From Parcubacteria group bacterium (GTDB lineage: Bacteria > Patescibacteriota > Minisyncoccia > Moranbacterales > UBA11712): a DNA stretch of 64,000 nucleotides. The stretch spans positions 1,551 to 65,550 of the forward strand of contig JBAZYY010000006.1 in NCBI GenBank assembly GCA_041659065.1, given 5' to 3'. Of this stretch, positions 1-9,309 are shown piece after piece. Position 1 is the stretch's first letter; each line of letters begins with the position of its first letter. The notes under the pieces are model-generated. The model saw nothing but the letters and a program-made list of their open reading frames with translations, was not told the DNA's origin and did not search any database. The position numbers and the translations under genes are program-made.

Positions 1-623
1 TTAACCGAGTCACGATTTATTCCGCGCTAACTACGCTTGAGAAAAAAGGGCTGGTCGCGGAGACTAAGAAAGGCTCGCGGAGACTATTTGTCGCCGAAAG
101 GCCGGAAGAGCTGAAAGCGATAGTTGAAGAAAAGGAGGAAGAGATTCAGAAAATAAACCTTGATCTGGGGAATCTAGTTTTGCCGGTGCTGAAAGCAATT
201 GATGTTAGCCAGGAAAACAAACCGGAAATCAGGTTTTACGAAGGGCTCGAGGGAATATATAAGGTCTATGAAAATATGCTTGAGACAAAAGACATTCTCG
301 GTTGCGGTTCTTATGATTCAGTCGTGAAAGTTTCGTCATGGAAAGAGGAGGAAAAATATTTTCATCGCATCAAGCATAAAAAAGTTTTCTATCGGGCAAT
401 TCTTGAAGATACTCCAACTAATCGCAAGTTCGCGGATATTGCCAAAGGGATCGCGCACTTCAAATTCCTGGAAACAGGAGTCAAGCTTTCAGCGGATATT
501 CACGCCTACGGTGACGATGTCGCGCTGATGTCATATGAAAAAGTGACGGCGACCGTTATCCGCGACGCGACAATCTCCAAAAGTATCAAAACGCTTCTCG
601 AGTTTATGTGGGATAGGCTCTAA
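1..623 (+). CDS. TrmB-family transcriptional regulator, 5-prime partial (continues upstream of window)
   Basis: Frame of ORF 180..623 stays open to position 1. The C-terminal half contains IRFYEGLEGI, paralogous to VRFYEGIEGM and VKFYEGEEGF in the three other TrmB-like ORFs in this window. Confidence 0.6.
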   Translation, partial: NRVTIYSALTTLEKKGLVAETKKGSRRLFVAERPEELKAIVEEKEEEIQKINLDLGNLVLPVLKAIDVSQENKPEIRFYEGLEGIYKVYENMLETKDILGCGSYDSVVKVSSWKEEEKYFHRIKHKKVFYRAILEDTPTNRKFADIAKGIAHFKFLETGVKLSADIHAYGDDVALMSYEKVTATVIRDATISKSIKTLLEFMWDRL

Positions 624-706
624 ACTTTGCTGCTAATTAATATTAGCAAGTGAATGAATAACTCACTGGTATTTTTTAGCGGCAAAAAAATCTAAAGGAG
701 TAGGAT

Positions 707-1009
707 ATGGGTGCTATCGAATTTTACATTGAGCAGCTAAGACTTTTGTGGGTGCAATTCATTCAAGGGCGCTTGATTAAAGTATTGAGGGATATAAATA
801 TAACTGACAAACAAGCGCAGGAAAGACTGGATGCCCATAACGCTATCCGTAAGACTTTTGACGCCTGGGCTGTTGGCATAAGGCCGATTCGTCTCCATAA
901 GAGCTTATCGAGAGTCATAAAACTTATGAAAATACTCGGTATTGAAACTCCTGCGCCAAATAAGATAGTTGAAGACTTTTTGAAGAGTGGAGAATTACCG
1001 GAGTATTAA
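707..1009 (+). CDS. hypothetical protein (100 aa)
   Basis: ORF with SD-like aaaggagt 6 nt upstream of ATG. No recognisable motif. Confidence 0.4.
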   Translation: MGAIEFYIEQLRLLWVQFIQGRLIKVLRDINITDKQAQERLDAHNAIRKTFDAWAVGIRPIRLHKSLSRVIKLMKILGIETPAPNKIVEDFLKSGELPEY

Positions 1010-1092
1010 GCCAGAATCATTGACTGGCCGTTGGCGGATGCTGACGGCCTTTATTTATCCTAATTCCATGTATAATCAAGAGGAGGTGTCTT

Positions 1093-1266
1093 ATGTCGGG
1101 CGCATGTGAAGGTAGTTGCCCTGTATGCCGCATCGGTGAAGTTAAAAATCACAAGTGCAGCCGATGCGGATTTGAATTCTGTCCCGTTTGTCATGGGACT
1201 ATGCCAAAATACAAGGCGGAGAATGTTCTTCCGTGCACATGTTTGCAAAAAGAAAGAGAAGCTTAA
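1093..1266 (+). CDS. small Cys-rich zinc-ribbon-like protein (57 aa), not in supplied ORF track
   Basis: ATG preceded by a perfect aggagg SD at 7 nt spacing. Translation is MSGACEGSCPVCRIGEVKNHKCSRCGFEFCPVCHGTMPKYKAENVLPCTCLQKEREA, with multiple CxxC pairs. Favoured over the overlapping antisense ORF 1060..1356. Confidence 0.4.
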   Translation: MSGACEGSCPVCRIGEVKNHKCSRCGFEFCPVCHGTMPKYKAENVLPCTCLQKEREA

Positions 1267-1373
1267 CTGAAATCGCGGTGAATTAACGTTGGATAACAGA
1301 AAGCAAAAGGGCGGGAATACATGGATGTATAACCGCCCTGATTTTTTATGCTTCAATCAGTCTCTGGCAATGT

Positions 1374-2291
1374 TCAGTTTCCCGGAACGATTAAATCGAA
1401 TTTTTCCTTTTTGCCGTATGCTTTCGGTCCGTAGTCTTGGCAATAAGCTTCAATATTCTTTTTGAAATAAGGAGGCTTGGATTCTTGAATTTTTCCGACC
1501 AGATAATAAGTGAGGCAAAGCACCAGGCCGAAGCTCGCTGACGCGGGCAAAGCAACGTCCCAACGGTGTTTAGGGTGTCCGAAATATTTATTTTTAACGC
1601 CGATGCTCATGACCAATTCTTTTTCCGTGGGGATGACGAATTTGGCGTGCCGGGCGTGGCCTTCGGGAAACGCGCGCAAGGATAGATGCGATCCGAAGAG
1701 TTCGCTTTTTTTGATATCAAGCATGGGGCAGATATTTCCGAATCTATCCGGCAGAACAAAAGAGTAGCTTCGGTACTTTGAAAAGTTTTTTGGAAGCCTT
1801 AGGGATTGAACAAGTTTTTTTATTTGCGCAGGATTCTCTCTGGTTGCGGAAAGTATCATCCCAAGGTAGGTCGAGACGTTGTAAGTGTAAGGCTCTGCTA
1901 TTTTTCGATAGACAAAAACTTTATTTGCAACCTTGGCAGCTGACGAATTGGCGCTACAAGTGAGAAGAGTGGCTTTCAATCCGTATTTTCTCGCAAGTTC
2001 TACTTCCCAAACGGAATCTTTTTCTCCTGAAGCAGAAATAACTATTGCGTCCTTGATTAAGCCTTTTTTGATAATGGGATCGTAGGACTTTATAATATTT
2101 TTGAAATTGCTTTCGTCGGCAAAAATAGCCGCCTTGTCGGAAAATAAAATTAGTCCGGTATTGTACGCGTTACCGCTTCCAACCACAAAGGGGAGGTTGA
2201 ATTTTTTTAAGTCGAATATTGGCGGTCGATTCTTGGAAAAAAAATCCAAGGCTTTTAATACGCTTTCGTTAAGATCGTCGATCTTTACCAT
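1374..2291 (-). CDS. SIS-domain-like protein of unknown function
   Basis: 305-aa ORF with VVGSGNAYNTG and VISASGEKDS, which resemble the sugar-isomerase (SIS) phosphosugar-binding motifs. Family assignment is tentative. Confidence 0.45.
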   Translation of the reverse strand: MVKIDDLNESVLKALDFFSKNRPPIFDLKKFNLPFVVGSGNAYNTGLILFSDKAAIFADESNFKNIIKSYDPIIKKGLIKDAIVISASGEKDSVWEVELARKYGLKATLLTCSANSSAAKVANKVFVYRKIAEPYTYNVSTYLGMILSATRENPAQIKKLVQSLRLPKNFSKYRSYSFVLPDRFGNICPMLDIKKSELFGSHLSLRAFPEGHARHAKFVIPTEKELVMSIGVKNKYFGHPKHRWDVALPASASFGLVLCLTYYLVGKIQESKPPYFKKNIEAYCQDYGPKAYGKKEKFDLIVPGN

Positions 2292-2455
2292 AGGTTTATT
2301 TTAGTTATTATTTAAAGGAATTTTATCATAGCCCGGTGTGTTGTCCAAATAGTGGATAATCTATATTGACACAGCCTTAATTTAAGGAGATAATAGCTCA
2401 TAGATAAATATGTATGATACCATCATACACAATATAAGCTTTATAGTAAACCTAT

Positions 2456-3292
2456 ATGAAACGTGAACGTCTCACCATCACCTTAAATGGGGGTGTCTTG
2501 AATAAAATAGATCGGAGAATTGATGGGTACAAAATTCGCAATCGTTCCCATGCTATTGAAGCAATTCTGGAGGAAAAACTGAAAAGCCGCATCTTGAAAA
2601 AAGCCATTGTGCTCGGGGGTGGAGAGGGGATTAATTTTGAAGGAAAAATAATTTCCAAATTATTGCTTCCAGTCGGAGATAAACTATTAATTGAGCGCAA
2701 TATAGAGGTATTGAAAGAGTACGGAATAACCGATTTGATACTGTCTCTGGGCAAGCTAGGAGACCAGATTAGGAAAAAATTGAAAGACGGGTCGAAATAT
2801 GGAATTAAGATTATTTATTTCGAAAGAGACCGCGGCACCGCGAGTGTTTTGCGCCAAGCTCAAAGCCTGCTTGATGAAACTTTTCTCATGATGAACGGCG
2901 ATATTCTCCTCTCAAATATAGACCTGGGGGACATGTACGAATTTCACAAAAGGCATGGGGCCAAGAGCACAATCCTCATGACAACGGCGGATGACGCGAC
3001 TTTGTTTGGGTCAATCCTGGTTAAGGGAGATATGATAGTAAAATTTTTTGAAAAACCGCGTCCGCAGGAATCATATTCTCATTTGATAAACGGAGGCGTA
3101 TATCTTTTTGAGCCGGAAGTCTGCCAGATGGTGACACCGGAGACGTCATCCCTGGAGGGAGATATTTTCCCCAGACTAGTTGAAGGGAAAAAACTTTTTG
3201 GATACTTTTTGGATGCGCGCTGGATCCATTTGCACGACGAGGAAAGATATAAAAGCCATTTAAAAAACCTTAATAAAGTAAACAAAATATGA
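2456..3292 (+). CDS. sugar-phosphate nucleotidyltransferase with N-terminal ribbon-helix-helix-like extension
   Basis: Residues ~50-278 match the NTP-transferase fold (AIVLGGGEG...LLPVGDK, MMNGDIL). The first ~45 aa (RLTITLNGGVLNKIDRRID...RSHAIEAILEE) look like a CopG/RHH beta-strand plus helix, with no internal Met to separate the two parts. Confidence 0.6.
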   Translation: MKRERLTITLNGGVLNKIDRRIDGYKIRNRSHAIEAILEEKLKSRILKKAIVLGGGEGINFEGKIISKLLLPVGDKLLIERNIEVLKEYGITDLILSLGKLGDQIRKKLKDGSKYGIKIIYFERDRGTASVLRQAQSLLDETFLMMNGDILLSNIDLGDMYEFHKRHGAKSTILMTTADDATLFGSILVKGDMIVKFFEKPRPQESYSHLINGGVYLFEPEVCQMVTPETSSLEGDIFPRLVEGKKLFGYFLDARWIHLHDEERYKSHLKNLNKVNKI

Positions 3293-4362
3293 AATGTGTC
3301 ATTATGGCAGGGGGAAAAGGGACGCGGCTATGGCCGCTGAGCCGCCGGGAAAAACCCAAGCAGTTTCAGTGTCTTTTTTCAAACAAGACTATGCTCCAGG
3401 AAACTTTTTTGCGCTTGAGGAAGAAGTTTGAGCTGGCGGATATCTATGTTTCCACGAATGAGGAATATGTAAGTGAAGTAGAAAAAGAACTTCTGGAGCT
3501 TCCTAAGGAGAATATCATCGGTGAGCCGCTGGCTAGGGGATCCGCGGCTAGTATCGCTCTTACGGTTGCGATAATTGCGGCACGAAACGGGAATGACGCG
3601 ATTGCCTTTTTTCCAGCCGACCATGTCATAAAAAATCCGGAGCTATTGATTGAAGCTGTGGAAAAATCAGACGAATTTTTGGAAGAAAATAAAGAGAGTC
3701 TCGTCACATTTGGGATCAAACCGACTGCTCCAGATACAGGCTTGGGCTATATTGAAAAGGGCGAGATTCTGAAAAAAATGGGAAAGCTTGAAATATGCAA
3801 AGCGGAAAGGTTTGTGGAAAAACCGGATCTGGTCACGGCGCAAAAATATCTCGAATCCGGAAAATATTTCTGGAGCAGCGGACTCTATATGATAAAAACG
3901 GATGCCCTGATAAATAAATTCGAAAAATATATTCCGGATACCTATAACCGCCTGCTTCTTATCAAAGACGCCGTTGATACGGATAAATACAAAGAAGTTT
4001 TAGCTAGAGAATATCCAGAAATGGATAAAATCGATTTCGCGTACAGCATCACGGAAAACGACGACCAGGTCGTGACAATCCCACTGGATTTGGACTGGAG
4101 CGATGTCGGGTCCTGGACATCCCTCAAGGATACATTGGCGGATAGTAAAAAGGGTCATTATGCAAAAGGAGACCATATCGATTTTGAGAGCGAGAACCTG
4201 ATGGTTTATGGGTCAAAGAAACTCATTGTCACTATCGGCGTGAAAGATCTGATCATAGTTGATAGTGAGGATGCCATTTTGGTATGCGACCGTGCTAGAG
4301 CCAGGGAAGTTTCGGATGTTGTAAAGAAACTTGAGGAAGCAGGGAAAGTTACTCTCTTATAA
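3289..4362 (+). CDS. manC: mannose-1-phosphate guanylyltransferase (GDP-mannose pyrophosphorylase)
   Basis: IMAGGKGTRLWPLS N-terminal motif and FVEKPD motif. Typical ManC/CpsB length and architecture. Overlaps the upstream gene by 4 nt. Confidence 0.8.
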   Translation: MKCVIMAGGKGTRLWPLSRREKPKQFQCLFSNKTMLQETFLRLRKKFELADIYVSTNEEYVSEVEKELLELPKENIIGEPLARGSAASIALTVAIIAARNGNDAIAFFPADHVIKNPELLIEAVEKSDEFLEENKESLVTFGIKPTAPDTGLGYIEKGEILKKMGKLEICKAERFVEKPDLVTAQKYLESGKYFWSSGLYMIKTDALINKFEKYIPDTYNRLLLIKDAVDTDKYKEVLAREYPEMDKIDFAYSITENDDQVVTIPLDLDWSDVGSWTSLKDTLADSKKGHYAKGDHIDFESENLMVYGSKKLIVTIGVKDLIIVDSEDAILVCDRARAREVSDVVKKLEEAGKVTLL

Positions 4363-4388
4363 AATAATAAGTTAATTTATAAAGCATC

Positions 4389-5387
4389 ATGGCAAAACCA
4401 AAAGTACTAGTGACCGGCGGTGCGGGGTTTATAGGTTCGAACTTCTCGAACATCAATAAGGATAAATTTGAGATTACAGTGCTGGATAATCTCCTCTTGG
4501 GCGACTCGGCCAATATAGAAGATCAAGAAAAAGTGAAATTTATTCAAGGTGACGCTTGCGAGCTTGCCGATCTTCAAAAATGCGGTGATAATTTTGATTA
4601 TGCGGTTCATTTAGCTGGAACATCTTCCGCTCCCATGTTCATGGATGACGGATTTGTGAATGGTTATGTCAACTCAGTCAAGAGTTTCGTCCAGACTTTG
4701 GAATTCGCAAGGAAAAGTGGAGCCAAAAAATTTCTCTACGCTTCCACTTCCTCGCTTTATGGAAATAATCCGGTTCCGCTCACCGAAGATCAGCATGTCA
4801 TGCCTCCCAATCATTATTCCGTGACAAAATTTTTGTATGAAAATTGTTCGCGTTGTTATAACAAAGTCTATCCCGAAATTGAAATAGTCGGATTCCGTTT
4901 CATGTCGGTGTATGGCCCCAATGAAGAAGCCAAAGGCGCGTACGCCAATATTATCTCCCAGTTTATTTGGGATATCGTCCGGGGGAAAGCGCCAATTATT
5001 TACGGAGACGGAACGCAATATCGCGATTTCACCAATGTTAAGGATGTGGTTCAGGGATTAACTCTGGCGCTTGAGACGAAAGAGCCTCTTGGAAATGAAG
5101 TGTTTAATATCGGAACAGGGGAATACGCGTCGCTGAATGATATTTCAGTGATGATTAATGAAGAAATGGAAAAAACAGGAAAGTCCAAAATTAATCCGGA
5201 ATATATTCCCAACCCGGTCAAAGAGGGCTATGTGCAGTCCCAATGCGCCGACATATCCAAGATTTCCCAGAAACTTGGGTATCATCCGAATATAAAGCTT
5301 GCCGACGGTATTGCTGAGCAAGTGGCTAAAGTCAGGCCCGAAAGGATTCGCAAGACAAGTTCGGACCTTTTGCGAGCCAGCAGATAA
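4389..5387 (+). CDS. NAD-dependent epimerase/dehydratase (SDR family, UDP-glucose 4-epimerase-like)
   Basis: TGGAGFIGS Rossmann motif and YSVTK catalytic YxxxK. Confidence 0.8.
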   Translation: MAKPKVLVTGGAGFIGSNFSNINKDKFEITVLDNLLLGDSANIEDQEKVKFIQGDACELADLQKCGDNFDYAVHLAGTSSAPMFMDDGFVNGYVNSVKSFVQTLEFARKSGAKKFLYASTSSLYGNNPVPLTEDQHVMPPNHYSVTKFLYENCSRCYNKVYPEIEIVGFRFMSVYGPNEEAKGAYANIISQFIWDIVRGKAPIIYGDGTQYRDFTNVKDVVQGLTLALETKEPLGNEVFNIGTGEYASLNDISVMINEEMEKTGKSKINPEYIPNPVKEGYVQSQCADISKISQKLGYHPNIKLADGIAEQVAKVRPERIRKTSSDLLRASR

Positions 5388-5409
5388 TTTATTAATTAAG
5401 TAAAAAGAC

Positions 5410-6747
5410 ATGGATCCAAAAATTTTCAAAGCCTATGACATCCGCGGTGTATATCCAGAAGAGATTAATGAAGATGCGGCCTACAAAATCGGGCGCGCGA
5501 TAGTAACATTCCTGAAATGCGAGAGAATCGTGGTTGGCCGTGATATGCGAGTGTCTTCGCCGGCGTTATTCGAATCCCTGACAAAGGGAATAACAGACCA
5601 AGGGGCGGACGTTATTGACATTGGTCTTGTAACTTGGCCCATGGTTAGCTTCACGATAATGCACTTCAAGGAGTCCTCGGGGCTCGAAGTTAGCGCATCG
5701 CACAGTCCCGCGGAATATAACGGTTTTAAGGTGATAAAAAATGGAGGGGAATCCGTGTTGCAGCTTTCCGACGAGGATGGTTTGGAGGAAATCAGCGAGA
5801 TTGCCCTGGAAGGAAAATTCGAGGAACCGACTAAAAAAGGTCGGATTGAGCAAAAGGACATAAAAAAAGATTATCAAGAATATCTACTGGCTCGCTTCAA
5901 GGACATTAGCAATCTCAAAGTTATTTGCGATTATGGGAACGGAATTGGGGCTGTACCCGCTGAGCCAGTGCTTAACGCTCTTCCGGTGGAGGCCGTGCAT
6001 TTATTCAAGGAACCGGATGGCAGCTTTCCGAACCATATGCCTAATCCGCACGAGATAGAAAATTTCAAACCGCTGCAAGAAGAAATCCAAAAACAAAAAG
6101 CGGATCTGGGGATATTTTTTGATGGCGACGGAGACCGAGGCGAACTAGTTGACGAGAATGGAGAAATTATTTTTCCGGATGTGGAGCTGGGCGCGTTGGC
6201 GCTTGATGAGCTTTCTCGAAATCCAGGAAAAAAAGTTTTTTATGATCTTCGATTCACAAAAGCTGTGGCGGAAGAAGTTGAAAAAGCGGGGGGGCAGGCC
6301 TTCATGCTACGGGTCGGAAATCCGTTTTACAAGGAAGCGATGTTGGATGAGGACGCTCTCGTCGCGGGAGAACTATCCGGTCATATATTTTTCAAGGAAC
6401 ATTACGGAATCGACGACGGGCTATACTCAGCTTTGAAGTTTATGTCGCTTATGAATCGCACAGGAAAAAAAGCCAGCGAGCTTGTGGCGCCATTCAAAAA
6501 ATATTTCCAGACTGAGGAAATTAATATGAAAGTGGCGGATGCAGATGAAACCATAGAAAAAGTAAGAAATAAATATTCCGATGGGAAACTTATTACAATT
6601 GATGGAATTCTCATCGATTACGGCGATTGGTGGCTGTCGCTGCGAAAGTCAAATACCGAGCCTTTAGTCAGGCTTCGCATTGAAGCGAAATCGAAAGAGT
6701 TGCTTGAAGAGAAAAGAAAAGAAGTACTGAAGGTCATTCAAGGTTAG
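5410..6747 (+). CDS. phosphomannomutase/phosphoglucomutase (alpha-D-phosphohexomutase family)
   Basis: Active-site SASHSPAEYNG (phosphoserine loop) and FDGDGDR metal-binding loop. Confidence 0.85.
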   Translation: MDPKIFKAYDIRGVYPEEINEDAAYKIGRAIVTFLKCERIVVGRDMRVSSPALFESLTKGITDQGADVIDIGLVTWPMVSFTIMHFKESSGLEVSASHSPAEYNGFKVIKNGGESVLQLSDEDGLEEISEIALEGKFEEPTKKGRIEQKDIKKDYQEYLLARFKDISNLKVICDYGNGIGAVPAEPVLNALPVEAVHLFKEPDGSFPNHMPNPHEIENFKPLQEEIQKQKADLGIFFDGDGDRGELVDENGEIIFPDVELGALALDELSRNPGKKVFYDLRFTKAVAEEVEKAGGQAFMLRVGNPFYKEAMLDEDALVAGELSGHIFFKEHYGIDDGLYSALKFMSLMNRTGKKASELVAPFKKYFQTEEINMKVADADETIEKVRNKYSDGKLITIDGILIDYGDWWLSLRKSNTEPLVRLRIEAKSKELLEEKRKEVLKVIQG

Positions 6748-6759
6748 CATTATGTGAGT

Positions 6760-6800
6760 ATAAAAAAGGGAAAAGCCTGGTCGCGGTTGATGCGGCCAGG
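6760..6800. terminator. bidirectional stem-loop terminator between convergent genes
   Basis: aaaagcctggtcgcgg...gcggccaggctttttg hairpin with flanking A and T runs. Confidence 0.5.
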
Positions 6801-6825
6801 CTTTTTGTGATCCTAGGGTGGTCTC

Positions 6826-7488
6826 CTAGGCGCGGACCCAAATGCTGCGCACGTAAGGATATCCGTAATTAATCAGGTAGCCTATGAAGCTACCAATTGC
6901 CAATGCAGTACTAATGATCAGCAGCCCCTGTAGGGAATATAGAAGGAGCGGCTCATGCAGAAACTGGAAAATGGGATTGCAGAACGCGATTGCCCAGAGA
7001 AGGACAAACGTACATTCAAAGATAAACTTTTTCTTTCCAAACCAGTTAGACTTGATTTCGGCACGGGTCAGAGAATATAGGAGCGTAGCGATAAAAAAAA
7101 GCGAAACGTCGCAGGCTACGAGCCTTTCCATCCAGTAAATGACGGAATCCGTCCCTGGAGTTACCCGAAGAGTATCCCAAATCATGTATATCTTCGAGAA
7201 AGTAAAAAATTTGTCGACCGCGGCGTCAAAACGTGCTCCGAATTTAGTCGACCCATATTTAATGGCCAAACGGCCATCTTTCCAATCACTGTAAACGCTC
7301 CATAAGTCACAGGGAAGGATTAAGAAATACCATCCCAGGAAATAAAAAATTAAGGAAAGAGCGGTGGTAACAACTCGAGTTGCTGTCATCTTATCCGCTG
7401 CCGTTGGGAAGGTACGATCGATCAACAACCACAACTTAGCCATATCTTCAGCTCCTCCCTTTCTGAAGTCGATAAAAATATTTAGCAA
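6826..7488 (-). CDS. CDP-alcohol phosphatidyltransferase family membrane protein
   Basis: DWKDGRLAIKYGSTKFGARFDAAVDK fits the DG-x2-AR-x8-G-x3-D-x3-D signature. Multiple TM helices. Confidence 0.5.
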   Translation of the reverse strand: MLNIFIDFRKGGAEDMAKLWLLIDRTFPTAADKMTATRVVTTALSLIFYFLGWYFLILPCDLWSVYSDWKDGRLAIKYGSTKFGARFDAAVDKFFTFSKIYMIWDTLRVTPGTDSVIYWMERLVACDVSLFFIATLLYSLTRAEIKSNWFGKKKFIFECTFVLLWAIAFCNPIFQFLHEPLLLYSLQGLLIISTALAIGSFIGYLINYGYPYVRSIWVRA

Positions 7489-7538
7489 GGCCGTTGCCTT
7501 TTGCTTTCAAAGTTTTTCAGTATAGGAAGTATTTGTTT

Positions 7539-8516
7539 TTATAGCAAGCCGATTCTTTCGCGGACCGTTTTCATTTTCTTTTCCGCAAGCTCTTGGGCTT
7601 TCTCTGCGCCCTTGTTTAGTATTCCGATAACTTCCTGATCGTCAATATTTTTAAATTTTTCCTGGAAGGACTCAAGAGAGCTGACTATCACCTCCGCAAG
7701 ATCCTTCTTGAATTCAGAATAACTTTTGGTCCGGTAAATTCCTTCAACCTCCTTGGGCGTAATATTATCGAGCAGAGAATAGATGTTAATCAGATTTTTA
7801 ATGGCCGGTTTTTCATCGGAATAGGCTATTTCCTTGTCGCTATCGGTGACGGCCTTTTTGATCTTTTCGCGGATTTTATTCGGGCTATCAGTGAGAGCGA
7901 TATAATTAAATTCGCTGGGGGCGGATTTGCTCATTTTCACAAGAGGATTGTCGAGTCCCATAACGCGCATGCCTTCTTTCACGACATGTGGCTCAGGAAC
8001 CACGAAAGTCTCACCGAAACGTTGGTTAAAGCGGCGCGCCAGAGTCCGAGAAATTTCAATATGCTGGAGCTGGTCCTCGCCAACCGGTACGACATCCGTG
8101 TCATACAGCAAGATGTCTGCTGCCATAAGAGTCGGATACGCAAATAATCCCATATTGATATTTTGGTAATGTTGCTTGGATTTATCCTTGTACTGAGTCA
8201 TCCTTTCAAGCTCGGAAACTTTCGTAATCGTATTCAAAATCCATCCCAGCTCCGCGTGTTCGGGGACGTGCGACTGGACAAAGATAGTCGATTTTTCCGG
8301 ATCAATCCCGGCGGCCAGATAGGTTTTCGCGACTTCGATAGTTTTTTTTCGTAGCTCTTTCGGATCTTGGGGTACGGTAATGGCATGCAGGTCAACCACG
8401 CAAAAAATCGATTCGTACTTTTTCTGGAGCGAAACCCAATTTTGAATTGCGCCCAGGTAATTGCCGAGGTGAAGGTTGCCTGAAGGCTGAATTCCTGAGA
8501 ATATTCTTTTATTCAT
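7539..8516 (-). CDS. trpS: tryptophan--tRNA ligase
   Basis: HIGH-type motif (SGNLHLGN) and KMSKS motif present. Class I aaRS length of 325 aa. Confidence 0.9.
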   Translation of the reverse strand: MNKRIFSGIQPSGNLHLGNYLGAIQNWVSLQKKYESIFCVVDLHAITVPQDPKELRKKTIEVAKTYLAAGIDPEKSTIFVQSHVPEHAELGWILNTITKVSELERMTQYKDKSKQHYQNINMGLFAYPTLMAADILLYDTDVVPVGEDQLQHIEISRTLARRFNQRFGETFVVPEPHVVKEGMRVMGLDNPLVKMSKSAPSEFNYIALTDSPNKIREKIKKAVTDSDKEIAYSDEKPAIKNLINIYSLLDNITPKEVEGIYRTKSYSEFKKDLAEVIVSSLESFQEKFKNIDDQEVIGILNKGAEKAQELAEKKMKTVRERIGLL

Positions 8517-8728
8517 GATATAAGTTGCTAGCGGCTTAATCTGGAGTTATAATAAGATTAAAGAAGAGAGGTTGTCAAAAGATAGGCATTTTGCAACAAG
8601 TAGTTGCTAAAGCTCGTAGTATTCGACATAACACTGCCATACCTCATCATCTGTGGATTACTAAAGGTAAGATTTAGCTATCTGTTGACTAATTTAGTTC
8701 GTTGTGCTATTATCCTTAGACTTGAGTA

Positions 8729-9079
8729 ATGCTTCGTTTAGTTATCTATATTCTTTCGAATGCCTTGGGAATTTGGGCTTCGGCCCGTTTAGTGGGCGGT
8801 GTTCACTTCTTCGGCGACTGGAAAGCGCTGATTTTAGCGGGTGCGGTACTTGGTTTTATAAACTTCTTCGTAAAACCAATAGTGAAGATTATATCCCTGC
8901 CTTTAATTTGGCTGACGCTTGGCCTCTTCACAATTGTCATTAACATCTTAATGCTGTTTCTGGCGTCTAAAATCGTGAATGTGCTGGTAATAGATTCTTG
9001 GAGCGCCGCTTTTTGGGCGGTAGTCATCATAAGCATAATAAATTATTTTGTATCATCTTTAATAAAGGACGACGAATGA
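8729..9079 (+). CDS. DUF360 / phage-holin-4_2 family membrane protein
   Basis: Four predicted TM segments. Sequence pattern typical of the PF04020 family. TTGACT-N17-TATTAT promoter upstream. Confidence 0.6.
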   Translation: MLRLVIYILSNALGIWASARLVGGVHFFGDWKALILAGAVLGFINFFVKPIVKIISLPLIWLTLGLFTIVINILMLFLASKIVNVLVIDSWSAAFWAVVIISIINYFVSSLIKDDE

Positions 9080-9309
9080 CAGAAAAGATTCTAATAATTT
9101 CGCAAATAGTAGTAGCGGTTCTTCTGACGGCTTCAGTTCTGCTTCAAAATCGGGGCTCGGGCCTTTCAGCGACTTTCGGCGGCGATTCCGGCGGATACTA
9201 CACAAAAAGAGGATTTGAAAAATTTCTTTCTACAGCCGCAGTGGTTTTAGGCGCCCTATTTTTAATTCTAGCCGTGGCTAATATTTACATTACTTCCAAA
9301 GCTATTTAA
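9076..9309 (+). CDS. secG: preprotein translocase subunit SecG
   Basis: Internal start MTEKILIISQIVVAVLLTASVLLQNRGSGLSATFGG matches the SecG N-terminus. ATG overlaps the upstream stop (ATGA). aaagga SD upstream. Confidence 0.7.
   Translation: MTEKILIISQIVVAVLLTASVLLQNRGSGLSATFGGDSGGYYTKRGFEKFLSTAAVVLGALFLILAVANIYITSKAI

Noticed and set aside
8704-8943. 79-aa ORF upstream of and overlapping the DUF360 gene
   Set aside because: It is an alternative frame across the promoter and start of the DUF360 gene. The DUF360 frame has the membrane-protein signal and correct promoter spacing.
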